Shown here piece by piece: positions 26,836-35,175 of a stretch of 61,396 nt of DNA. This DNA is from an uncultured Planctomycetales bacterium. GTDB taxonomy: Bacteria; Omnitrophota; Gorgyraeia; Aquiviventales; Aquiviventaceae. The notes below the pieces were generated by a model, which was not told the DNA's origin, ran no database searches, and was given only the letters and a program-made list of their open reading frames with translations. Every line of letters starts with the position of its first letter. The stretch's first letter is position 1. The position numbers and the translations under genes are program-made. The stretch is from the NCBI GenBank assembly GCA_964624155.1, contig CAZUWM010000003.1, positions 1 through 61,396 of the forward strand, written 5' to 3'.

Positions 26836-29800
26836 ATGCAACGTAGATCACAGCATCCCTTCCTTAATATACTCCTCAGTGCAGCCCTTGTGGTTGGACA
26901 GGGCCAACCAGTTGCGCTGGCGGCCGACCGTCGCTCCTCTTTAACCCCCTCACCCTCGCCAACCCCATCACCAACCCCGGATCCCACTCCTTCGCCGACG
27001 CCTTCCCTCTCTCCCTCACCCACGCCGGCCGCCCACCCAGGACGGACCGCCCCTCCTGCGCGATCCGCCGTCACGCTGCAATCAACCCTTGGACGGGCAG
27101 CCTCGGCGGCGTCCACCGTTGGTCCTGCGACGACCGTTCCAACGGGTTTCAGTGACGTCTACGTGCGCGGCACGCAGCTCATGGTCCGCCGCCGGCAGGC
27201 TGACGGCTCGCTGGCCGAGGCACAGCCATACCTCGTCAAAGGTGTCACATGGTCACCGGCGACACGGGCGCCGAGGGACGGGCCCGATCCACGGACTGGC
27301 AGACTCGTGCCGTATGGCTTCTTCTTCGACGGCCCCTGGCGCGCCCCCGGCTTGCAGGGCTACGAGCTGCTGGGCTACTGGCAGCGCGCGCGGTTCGCCG
27401 CGCATTACGCCGCCGATCTCGCCCTCATCGCGCAGATGCACGCCAACACCGTGCGCGTCTACACGGATCTGGGCAACACCCCCGCCGAGGGGCTGCGCGT
27501 GCTCGATGAGTGCTACCGCCGCGGCATCATGGTCATCCTGACCGTGGCATCAGCCAAGGAGGACGTCGACAGCGGCCGCTACCTCGAGCTGGTCAAACGC
27601 TACAAGGATCACCCCGCCATCCTCATGTGGTCGCTGGGGAATGAATGGAACCTCAATCGCTACTTCGGCTATACCATCGATGAGGCGATCCGCGCAACCG
27701 ACTCAGCCGCGCAGACCATCAAGCAACTCGATCGGATGCACCCCGTCACCTCGTCGCTTTCGGATCGCTTCACGGAGGGACGCGACGGCATCACCTGGAT
27801 CGTCCGAAACGTGCCGTCGGTCGACGTGTGGGGGCTCAATGTCTACCGGGGGGCCAGCTTCGGCAACCTCTTCAGCCAGTGGAATGCCATCACGACGAAA
27901 CCGTGTTACCTCAGCGAGTTCGGCACCGACTCCTTCTTTACCCAGCGCTACAAGACGGTGAACGGCTTCCAGGCAGATGACGTCGTCGGACAGGAAGATC
28001 GCCCACGACAGGCGGAGTATGTCCTGGGGCTTTGGAAGGAGCTAAAACTCCGTCTCTCTGCTCTCGATCCCACGAAACGCTGCCTCGGCGGCGCTGTCCA
28101 TACGTTCCAGGACGCCCTCTATTTCGTCGGCTCGTTCCACTTCGGCCTCGGCGGACTCGTCGACTACGACGGCCCTGACCGAAGACCGGGAACGGCTGAC
28201 GATGACACGAGCTACGACGAGTACAACCCCGAGGGCTTGGTGATCGTCGGCGGCCATCCGGATCACGTCGCCAACGAAGAATACTTTGGCCTCGTGGACG
28301 CTGATCGGAATCCTAAACCTGCCTACACCGCCTTGCAGCAGCTCTACGCTCAACTCTCTGTCCCTCCGACGGTCGCCAACCGCCCGCCCGTCCTGGAACC
28401 CATTCCCAATCAGACCGCGAGAGTCGGCGAGGCGAAGACCTTTCCCGGCCTGCTGCGCTTCTCTGACCCCGACGGCCAGGTCCCGACCTTTGTGGTCGTC
28501 AGCGGCGGACCGAACGGTCTCGTCGTGCGCCCGACTCCGACCGTCCCCGGTGTGGCCGACGTGTTCTGGCCCGCCGTCCCTCAACCCGGCACCTGGACGT
28601 TGACCGCCATCGTCCCGGATCCCCAGGAGGGCAATCTCAATGGCCCGCTCGCCGCCCGTCGCCAGTTCACCGTGAGCGTGCAGGCCGCGAATCGCCCTCC
28701 GATCGTCGCATCCTGTGAGACCACGGAAGACGCCTCGCTCATGACCTTATCGTTTGAAGACGTCATGCGCTGTCTGACCGATGCCGCCGTTTCGGAGCCG
28801 TCAAAACGACGTCTCGTTGGCATCCGGGCTGCGCCGACTACCCAGAACCATCTGACCTCACGCCAGGTCTTCACCCTCTTGACCCACCCACAGGTGCCTG
28901 ATTCGGTGAAGGCGGTCACTGTGCAGCTTCGGCGATTCGATCCAGGCGTTGTTGCGATGCAACAGGGGTTCCAAACGATCCTAATCCGTCCGGAGGCAGA
29001 TTTTTCCACTCCGCCTCAGACCGTGGAGACGTTTTTCAGCGCCATCACCAACGTCTACGGCTTCACCGCCGCGTTCAAGCAATACATGCAGTCAGAGTTG
29101 TTTTTCAAAGGGAACAACTTACAATCAGAGGAGCTTGGCAACGGCTACGGTGAGAATCTATTGGTCCTGGTTAGTTCCGGCGCGCACTGGCTCGCCGTCC
29201 ACGAACTCGATCACACATTCTGGGAATGGGAACGCGCGCAGAAAGGGCCATCGATCACTGAAGCGCTCATCCACGCGGTGTATGACGTCGCCACTGGCCG
29301 CATCCCTGTGGCGAAAGCGGAGATCGCCCAGCGTGCTCGCGAGGCGTTGTTCGACCGACACCCCAACGCGTTCCCCCCGAAAGCCGATCAGGCGATCTAT
29401 TCGTGGGAGGAGGTTAAGGCGAAACTTGATGCCATCGATGGCCTCCACGTCCGAACGGCCTTTTGGCCGTGGACCGTGACACGAGAACTGCCTCCTGAGC
29501 TATGGCGATTTTGGAGCGGCATGCTCGGTCCAGAACTCCCACCGGCCACGCGTCACCAGATTCGCCTCGGTAGTCCTAGCGGTCCACCTCCATCAAACAC
29601 CCCAGCAGCCAACCGGCCGCCGACGATTCAGTGGACCAAGGTCTACGATCCAGGTGGATCGATCCTCGGCTTCGTCACCGGCCGGCCGATCACCTTCGAA
29701 GCACAAGCGACTGATCCGGACGGCAAGACCGTGACCTACACATGGGACTTCGGCGATCAGACGACCGCCACCGGCTCAACCGTGCAACATCCCTACGCCC

Positions 29801-30048
29801 GTCCAGGCTCTTATACCGTGACCCTGCGCGTGAGCGACGGCCAGTCCACAGCGACGAAATCAATCCCGATCACCGTCCAAGCCACCAACCCGCCGCCGGT
29901 TGCCGGACAAAATGGGCCGCAGCCTGGCGTGACCGCTGATTCCTCCCTCCCCCAGCGCAAGACGACCCCCACGCGACAACCGGCGGGGCGAGATCCTGCC
30001 CGCCCCGGCATAACGGGTCGGGCCGGGGAGCCTGTCGAAGGACCGTGA
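26836..30048 (+). CDS. Large secreted protein: clan GH-A (GH2-like) barrel, Ig-like module, HExxH region, PKD domain
   Basis: Signal peptide, P/S/T linker, ANTVRVY, LGNE, YLSEFG, NRPPVLEPIPNQT, HELDH, YTWDFGD..H.Y..PG.YTVTLRV. SD GAGGT before ATG 26836. Confidence 0.85.
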   Translation: MQRRSQHPFLNILLSAALVVGQGQPVALAADRRSSLTPSPSPTPSPTPDPTPSPTPSLSPSPTPAAHPGRTAPPARSAVTLQSTLGRAASAASTVGPATTVPTGFSDVYVRGTQLMVRRRQADGSLAEAQPYLVKGVTWSPATRAPRDGPDPRTGRLVPYGFFFDGPWRAPGLQGYELLGYWQRARFAAHYAADLALIAQMHANTVRVYTDLGNTPAEGLRVLDECYRRGIMVILTVASAKEDVDSGRYLELVKRYKDHPAILMWSLGNEWNLNRYFGYTIDEAIRATDSAAQTIKQLDRMHPVTSSLSDRFTEGRDGITWIVRNVPSVDVWGLNVYRGASFGNLFSQWNAITTKPCYLSEFGTDSFFTQRYKTVNGFQADDVVGQEDRPRQAEYVLGLWKELKLRLSALDPTKRCLGGAVHTFQDALYFVGSFHFGLGGLVDYDGPDRRPGTADDDTSYDEYNPEGLVIVGGHPDHVANEEYFGLVDADRNPKPAYTALQQLYAQLSVPPTVANRPPVLEPIPNQTARVGEAKTFPGLLRFSDPDGQVPTFVVVSGGPNGLVVRPTPTVPGVADVFWPAVPQPGTWTLTAIVPDPQEGNLNGPLAARRQFTVSVQAANRPPIVASCETTEDASLMTLSFEDVMRCLTDAAVSEPSKRRLVGIRAAPTTQNHLTSRQVFTLLTHPQVPDSVKAVTVQLRRFDPGVVAMQQGFQTILIRPEADFSTPPQTVETFFSAITNVYGFTAAFKQYMQSELFFKGNNLQSEELGNGYGENLLVLVSSGAHWLAVHELDHTFWEWERAQKGPSITEALIHAVYDVATGRIPVAKAEIAQRAREALFDRHPNAFPPKADQAIYSWEEVKAKLDAIDGLHVRTAFWPWTVTRELPPELWRFWSGMLGPELPPATRHQIRLGSPSGPPPSNTPAANRPPTIQWTKVYDPGGSILGFVTGRPITFEAQATDPDGKTVTYTWDFGDQTTATGSTVQHPYARPGSYTVTLRVSDGQSTATKSIPITVQATNPPPVAGQNGPQPGVTADSSLPQRKTTPTRQPAGRDPARPGITGRAGEPVEGP

Positions 30049-30122
30049 TCCCTGATCCATAAATAAACCCGAGATTGCTATGCATCATCAGATGTGGTAT
30101 TTTACGCAGTGAAGGTAACCCC

Positions 30123-30323
30123 ATGCGTACCACCCTTGATCTGAATGAGAAGTTGTTGTCCCAAGCCATGGCGGCTGCACACACGAAGACGAAGAAAGCA
30201 ACGGTGGAGCGATCGTTGCGTGAATTGATCCGCGCCGCCCACATCGAACGGCTCATCACCCGACGCGGAGAGGGGACGACGCTGACCCTCCGCACGCTGT
30301 CCCGCATGCGTCGGGATGCGTAA
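30123..30323 (+). CDS. vapB: VapB-family antitoxin
   Basis: MRTTLDLNEKLL..AM..TKTKKATVERSLRELI; promoter TTGCTA-N17-TATTTT at 30075-30103. Confidence 0.85.
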   Translation: MRTTLDLNEKLLSQAMAAAHTKTKKATVERSLRELIRAAHIERLITRRGEGTTLTLRTLSRMRRDA

Positions 30324-30735
30324 GCCGCTCGTCTTGGTCGATTCGTCCATCTGGATTCCCTTCCTGCGGAGTCGAACAGCCGATCCGGCGGCGGAACTCC
30401 TGATGGGGCTGCTTCGTGACAAGCGGGTCGCGACCAACTGGCTGATCCGGCTGGAACTGCTCAGTGGAACGGCCACACACCAGGCCTATGAGTCGCTCGA
30501 TGCAGATCTGGCCGCGCTCCATCAGCTCCCGCTGACAGAGAAGGTGTTTCACGCGGCCAGCCTGCTACGATGGCGGCTCCATCGCAAGGGTGCTTCCATT
30601 CCGGTGGTCGATACCCTGATTGCGGCCTGCGCCATCTTCTACGCTTGCCCACTGCTGGAAGACGATGCTCACTTCCGACTGATCGCCAAACACGCCCCGC
30701 TTCATCTTCATCTTTCGTCAGGGCTCCACATTTGA
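30316..30735 (+). CDS. vapC: PIN-domain toxin
   Basis: LVDSSIWI, ELLSG, VDTLIAACA, LLEDDAHF. Confidence 0.9.
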   Translation: MRKPLVLVDSSIWIPFLRSRTADPAAELLMGLLRDKRVATNWLIRLELLSGTATHQAYESLDADLAALHQLPLTEKVFHAASLLRWRLHRKGASIPVVDTLIAACAIFYACPLLEDDAHFRLIAKHAPLHLHLSSGLHI

Positions 30736-30771
30736 CACGCCGGCTGGCACCTCCACCCCCCCGCGCGCAAG

Positions 30772-30877
30772 CCGTGAGCCCTGCTTCGCCAAGGCTTCGC
30801 AGAGGCCTCTCCGAAGCCCTGCTGCGCTGAAGCGAAGCTCCGGCTTCGCAGAGGCGAGCGCGAAGCGCGGAGGAGGG
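30772..30877. repeat. REP-like palindromic cluster (CTTCGCCAAGGCTTCG family)
   Basis: ctgcttcgccaaggcttcgcag, ccgaagcc, gcgaagctccggcttcgc. Confidence 0.6.
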
Positions 30878-30891
30878 CCCTGATCCGCCGA

Positions 30892-31256
30892 TTGGAAATC
30901 CGAGAATTCAGGAGGAGAGATGACCACGAAAATCGTCACCTCGCCGGTCGGCGCGAAAGCCCAGGTTACCCTCCCGAAACTCGTGCGGGAGGCGCTGCAT
31001 TTGACGGCGCAGCAGGACTTGGTTGGCTTCGTGATCTATGGAGGCCGCGTGGCATTGACGCGCATCGAACCGGTGCCCTCCAGCGATCCGTTCACGGACG
31101 AGGAGTGGAAGAAGATCGACCGGCTGACTTCCCAGACCCCCGCCGCCGTGGCAGAGAACGCCGCGGATTCCTTGCGCTACTTGAAGCGTCATCTCGGCCG
31201 CGCGTAATGCGGTATGCCTATCAACCTTCGTTTCTCGAGACCACCCGCCATCTCTC
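30892..31256 (+). repeat. 365-bp direct repeat, copy 1 (copy 2 at 32192-32556)
   Basis: Appears identical at an offset of exactly 1300 bp; identical 95-aa translations. Confidence 0.92.
30920..31207 (+). CDS. AbrB/MazE/SpoVT-fold antitoxin, copy 1
   Basis: KAQVTLPKLVREALHL..DLVGFVI..GRVAL; AGGAGG SD. Confidence 0.8.
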   Translation: MTTKIVTSPVGAKAQVTLPKLVREALHLTAQQDLVGFVIYGGRVALTRIEPVPSSDPFTDEEWKKIDRLTSQTPAAVAENAADSLRYLKRHLGRA

Positions 31257-31371
31257 TTACGCCCAAGCGACCAAGCTGTTGAAGGCCATCCAGAAGTTCC
31301 AGCATGCTATTGAGACGTCCCAGTGGCCTCAGGGGTTAGGCCTCACGCATCTGCGCAACGAGGATGGATAA
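31207..31371 (+). pseudogene. Truncated RelE/ParE-like toxin (54 aa)
   Basis: Homologous to the N-terminal half of 32507-32782; stops at HLRNEDG*. Confidence 0.7.
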
Positions 31372-31489
31372 GTGTCAGACGCTTTCGAACCGTCGTCCTC
31401 CCCTCCCGCGTGTCCGAAGCCTCTTGCGAGACGATGGGCGGTTGACAGTTCATGAGGGGAAGTGTTAAAGTTTAGGTGAGGGTACGTTT

Positions 31490-31705
31490 ATGCATCCGTC
31501 AGTGGGTCTCACGACGATTTCCTATGCGAAATATCAGCGTCGCTATGGCGGCAAGTTCATCGCCCGCCACGACGGGGAGGTCCTGGCAAGCGGCGCCAGC
31601 TATCGGGCGTTGTTGCAGGCGATCCGAAAACGCCGCCTGAGGCGACAAGACGTCATTGTGGGCTACGTCCCCCCCAAAGACGCCATTTGTATTTATGTCA
31701 GTTGA
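31490..31705 (+). CDS. Small DUF5678-like protein
   Basis: KYQRRYGGKFIARHDGEVLASG; promoter TTGACA(31442)..TGnTAAAGT upstream. Confidence 0.7.
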   Translation: MHPSVGLTTISYAKYQRRYGGKFIARHDGEVLASGASYRALLQAIRKRRLRRQDVIVGYVPPKDAICIYVS

Positions 31706-32105
31706 CTTCCCGATCGGGATCAAGGTCATTTCCCTCGGTCGAGTCGCCAATCCCGTCGTGCCCCTCCTTGTCCGGACTCGCCAGGGCTATGTGCCATTCG
31801 ATTTCCTCGTCGATACGGGCGCTGATTGTTCCATGATGCCAGCGTCTATCGCTGAGACAGAGCTCGGCGTGTCTCTCAAACGCGCTCCACAAGAGACATT
31901 CTTCGGAATCGAGGGCAGCGGCCTGCGTGTCTACCGAGGATGGGTTGCTCTGAAAATCGGCCCGTATCCTTTGCGCGTCCGCTGCGTCTTCTCACCTCAT
32001 GAACACACTCCGTTGATCCTCGGACGAATGGATGTATTCCGTCGTTTCACGATCACCTTCGACAATCACCTCCGTCGCATCCGATTCACCAAGCTGGCTC
32101 ACTAG
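31695..32105 (+). CDS. Retropepsin-like (clan AA) aspartyl protease
   Basis: FLVDTGADCS, ILGRMDVF; overlaps the upstream small ORF. Confidence 0.85.
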   Translation: MSVDFPIGIKVISLGRVANPVVPLLVRTRQGYVPFDFLVDTGADCSMMPASIAETELGVSLKRAPQETFFGIEGSGLRVYRGWVALKIGPYPLRVRCVFSPHEHTPLILGRMDVFRRFTITFDNHLRRIRFTKLAH

Positions 32106-32220
32106 TCTTTCATACCAGCTTTCCTTAACCAGCCACAACACAACCTCTTCGATCCCTTGACACGACCGACCTACCCTGGTTATACTTATAGTTGGAAATC
32201 CGAGAATTCAGGAGGAGAGA

Positions 32221-32507
32221 TGACCACGAAAATCGTCACCTCGCCGGTCGGCGCGAAAGCCCAGGTTACCCTCCCGAAACTCGTGCGGGAGGCGCTGCAT
32301 TTGACGGCGCAGCAGGACTTGGTTGGCTTCGTGATCTATGGAGGCCGCGTGGCATTGACGCGCATCGAACCGGTGCCCTCCAGCGATCCGTTCACGGACG
32401 AGGAGTGGAAGAAGATCGACCGGCTGACTTCCCAGACCCCCGCCGCCGTGGCAGAGAACGCCGCGGATTCCTTGCGCTACTTGAAGCGTCATCTCGGCCG
32501 CGCGTAA
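32221..32507 (+). CDS. AbrB/MazE/SpoVT-fold antitoxin, copy 2 (ATG at 32220)
   Basis: Identical to 30920-31207; promoter TTGACA(32157)-N18-TATACT upstream. Confidence 0.8.
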
Positions 32508-32782
32508 TGCGGTATGCCTATCAACCTTCGTTTCTCGAGACCACCCGCCATCTCTCCCCCACGCAAGCAACCAAACTCCTGAAGGCGGTGGAGCGATTCC
32601 AGGCGGCGCTTGAAAGCCGCCAATGGCCCAAGGGATTAGGCGCCACGCATCTGCGAGATGACTATTTTGAATTCCGCGCGGACCTCCATACGCGGGTGAT
32701 CTACCGACGGAGCCGTGACCTGATTCAGTACGTCTTGTGCGGCAGTCACGACGAGGTCAGGCGTTTCTTGAAAACGCGGTAA
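32507..32782 (+). CDS. RelE/ParE-like toxin (91 aa)
   Basis: TAATG coupling to the antitoxin; Y..SFL, LRDDYFEFRADLHTRVIY, GSHDEV. Confidence 0.75.
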   Translation: MRYAYQPSFLETTRHLSPTQATKLLKAVERFQAALESRQWPKGLGATHLRDDYFEFRADLHTRVIYRRSRDLIQYVLCGSHDEVRRFLKTR

Positions 32783-32789
32783 CGACTCC

Positions 32790-32819
32790 TTGACAAGAGG
32801 GGCGGGAGCCTGGTATAGT
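32790..32819 (+). promoter_or_regulatory. Strong sigma70 promoter upstream of the cspA leader
   Basis: TTGACA-N18-TATAGT with a TGn extended -10. Confidence 0.75.
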
Positions 32820-32883
32820 TCAAGTGTTTGGAGTGAATGTACGTGTGGGAAGGTTCTGGTCAGGAACGAGTTCGAGTCGTGGG

Positions 32884-32926
32884 AACCGCAGGGCGATCTG
32901 GTCGGTCGTCCAGCGGTTTTTTATTT
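32884..32926 (+). terminator. Intrinsic terminator/attenuator inside the cspA upstream region
   Basis: AACCGC-A-GGGCGATC-tggtc-GGTCGTCC-A-GCGGTT then TTTTATTT. Confidence 0.65.
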
Positions 32927-32929
32927 GAG

Positions 32930-33163
32930 GCCGTCACTTACGGAGCGGGAACGAACGTAAGTGACAGGGCCGAAAATAACCCCGCACCCAGCGCAATGGA
33001 CGTTGGAGCGTGAAATGAGTTTTAGCGCGTTTCGAACTGAACAGACCTCACACACAGCCGACCGCCGTTGGTTCGGCTGGGTGCGGGGTTCAATTCGCAC
33101 ACGCAACTTACGTTCACTAGCGTTCCGTAAGTTGCGTGCTCATTGAAGGGGGGTGTACGACAG
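32930..33163 (+). ncRNA. Unrecognised structured leader RNA, copy 1 (cspA)
   Basis: 15-bp stem 32978-92/33076-90; core 109/118 identical to the reverse complement of 41823-41940. Confidence 0.7.
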
Positions 33164-33367
33164 ATGCCGAGAGGCACCGTGAAGTGGTTCAGCGACCAGA
33201 AGGGGTATGGCTTCATCACCCCGGAGGACGGGTCGAAGGACGTGTTTGTCCATCACAGCGCCATTAAAGCCGACGGCTTTCGCAGCCTTCGGGAAGGCCA
33301 ACAGGTGGAGTTCGAGATCACCCAAGGACCGAAAGGTCCGCAAGCCTCCAACGTGGCGATAGCCTAA
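33164..33367 (+). CDS. cspA: Cold-shock protein
   Basis: [15 protein letters not shown] (RNP1), DVFVHHSAI (RNP2), [10 protein letters not shown]. Confidence 0.97.
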   Translation: MPRGTVKWFSDQKGYGFITPEDGSKDVFVHHSAIKADGFRSLREGQQVEFEITQGPKGPQASNVAIA

Positions 33368-33382
33368 CGTTTGGACGCTGAC

Positions 33383-33421
33383 AACCCCGCCCTTTCTCAA
33401 GAGAGGGCGGGGTTTCTTTTT
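33383..33421 (+). terminator. cspA intrinsic terminator
   Basis: AACCCCGCCCT..AGGGCGGGGTT followed by a T-run. Confidence 0.85.
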
Positions 33422-33435
33422 GGTATGCTAGAGGC

Positions 33436-33879
33436 ATGCGCCGCAACGTCTGGATTAGCCTGTTCGTGATCGTGTGGGTCGCCGTCTTCCATTACGAGAC
33501 GCTGCGCCTGAATTACCTCAGCCCGCTCGTCGGACGTGAGCTACCCAAACTGAAGTTCCTCTACCCTCCCGCCGGATGGATCATGTTCTTCAACGTGGAC
33601 CGCTCCTACGGATTCGCGGAAGTCTACGGCGTGAAAGCGGGGCGCCCAACGCTCCTCGACCCCCACGACATCTTCGAAACCCGAGCCGTCCTCTACGACA
33701 ATATCCACCGCAACGTCTTGATCAGCGTGCTCTCACCCTACGACGGGCCGCGATTCTGCCGTTACCTGAGTCGAAAATTCCCGCAGTATGGCCGGTTCAC
33801 CGTTGTGTATGCCGCCTACCCCGATCTCATCGAGCGGCCCAACGAGATTCAGCGCCGAGTGGCGTACCGGTGTCCATGA
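33436..33879 (+). CDS. Membrane-anchored protein, possible SdpA/DUF5819-like partner of the HTTM protein
   Basis: N-terminal TM, GWIMFF motif; ATGA overlap with the next gene. Confidence 0.6.
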   Translation: MRRNVWISLFVIVWVAVFHYETLRLNYLSPLVGRELPKLKFLYPPAGWIMFFNVDRSYGFAEVYGVKAGRPTLLDPHDIFETRAVLYDNIHRNVLISVLSPYDGPRFCRYLSRKFPQYGRFTVVYAAYPDLIERPNEIQRRVAYRCP

Positions 33880-35171
33880 AGCTGCTCCAGTGGTGGCACA
33901 AGGCGTTCTTTGAGGAGCGGCCGTCGATCAGTCTGTCGCTCTTCCGCATCGCGGTGGCCATCACGGTCGGCTGCCACGTGCTGCCCGCCTTCTTCCAGAT
34001 GGAGGACAACTACCTCTCCACTGCCTTCAAAGAGAAGAACGGCTCCTTCTTCCCCATCTGGGCTTTGCAGCTTGTCGAGCAGAGTCCGGATTGGCTGGTG
34101 TGGACGTTCGTGGGGCTCTTCGGCGGCTCGTGGTTCTGTTTCCTGATCGGGTTCCAGTCTCGGGCGAGCTGCCTCCTCATGGGGCTGGCCTGCTACTACT
34201 TCTACGCGCTCAATTCGCTTCATATCGGCACGCTCTCCTTTGACATCCTCCTCGTGACGCTCTCCCTCATGTACGTCACGAGCTACCATGGGGATTTCCT
34301 TTCGGTCGACAGCCTCTTACGAGGCGATGTCCAGCCGTACAAGCGCCTGCGGCCGTTTTTCGTCCAGCGGCTGCTGCAATTGCAGATCGCGTGGACATTT
34401 TTCTATACGGCGCTGAGCAAGATCACCGCCAGCGGCAACTGGCTGACCGACAACCCCTACTACTATTTGATGCGCTACCCGCCTCTGGGGGTCGTCCGAG
34501 ACTTTCCCTTCCGTGGCTTCCTCGCTCAACACCCCTCATGGTGTTATGGCATCGGCCTCAGCGTCCTGGTCTGCGAGTGTGCGTTGCCGTTGTTGCTGTT
34601 CATCCGTCGCACGCGGCCCTTCGCCCTGGCCTGCGGGCTCAGCTTCCATGTCCTGCTGCTGATCACCCTTCATGTGCCGACGATCTTTTTCTTCCTCTTC
34701 CCTCCGCAATTGCTGCTCTTTGTCGAGCCGGAAACCCTCGTGCGATGGATTGAGCGGCGGCGTGCCCGACACGCGGCACACGGGCGGATGCGTCTGATCT
34801 ACGACGGGCGCTGCGGGTTTTGCCTCGAGAGCGTGCGGCGGGTGTTGACGCTCGATGTGTTCGGTCGGCTGGAGCCGATCGACTTCCACGGTGTCGCTGA
34901 TCTGCGCGCGATCCACCCGTCACTCGACCGGGAGCGCTGTCAAAGTCGGATGCAGGGTGTTGAGCCGTACGGAAGGATTACGGAAGGCTTTGAGGCGTTT
35001 CGACGGATCAGTGTGCGGCTGGTATTACTCTGGCCGCTCGCCCCACTGCTCTACCTGCCAGGTGTTCGCTGGATCGGCGTGCGCGTCTACGACTGGGTCG
35101 CCGCCCATCGCTTCCTCTTCCACCGCAGCACAGTCTGCGCCGACAACCAGTGCCATCTGCCTCATCGCTAG
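33876..35171 (+). CDS. HTTM-domain membrane protein fused to a DCC1-like thiol-disulfide oxidoreductase
   Basis: LSLFRI, LSVDSL, LQLQI..YTALSK..W; C-terminal IYDGRCGFC (CxxC) and YDWVAAHR. Confidence 0.85.
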   Translation: MKLLQWWHKAFFEERPSISLSLFRIAVAITVGCHVLPAFFQMEDNYLSTAFKEKNGSFFPIWALQLVEQSPDWLVWTFVGLFGGSWFCFLIGFQSRASCLLMGLACYYFYALNSLHIGTLSFDILLVTLSLMYVTSYHGDFLSVDSLLRGDVQPYKRLRPFFVQRLLQLQIAWTFFYTALSKITASGNWLTDNPYYYLMRYPPLGVVRDFPFRGFLAQHPSWCYGIGLSVLVCECALPLLLFIRRTRPFALACGLSFHVLLLITLHVPTIFFFLFPPQLLLFVEPETLVRWIERRRARHAAHGRMRLIYDGRCGFCLESVRRVLTLDVFGRLEPIDFHGVADLRAIHPSLDRERCQSRMQGVEPYGRITEGFEAFRRISVRLVLLWPLAPLLYLPGVRWIGVRVYDWVAAHRFLFHRSTVCADNQCHLPHR

Positions 35172-35175
35172 CGGT

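Noticed and set aside
26600-26836. 77-aa ORF in the riboswitch leader
   Set aside because: It overlaps the structured RNA and has no SD or recognisable motif.
26940-27030. Repetitive CCx/ACx DNA in the large secreted gene
   Set aside because: It encodes an ordinary Pro/Ser/Thr linker (PSPSPTPSPTPDPTP).
32865-32880. tRNA T-loop-like GTTCGAGTC (also GTTCGACT at 11479 and 11591)
   Set aside because: No proper 5-bp T-stem or cloverleaf. The latter two belong to REP-like repeats.
32978-33090. Simple MITE explanation for the duplicated cspA/puuD core
   Set aside because: Not favoured: homology and pairing extend outside the inverted repeat, there is no target-site duplication, and both copies occupy the same position before a start codon. 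A genome-wide count is needed to exclude it.
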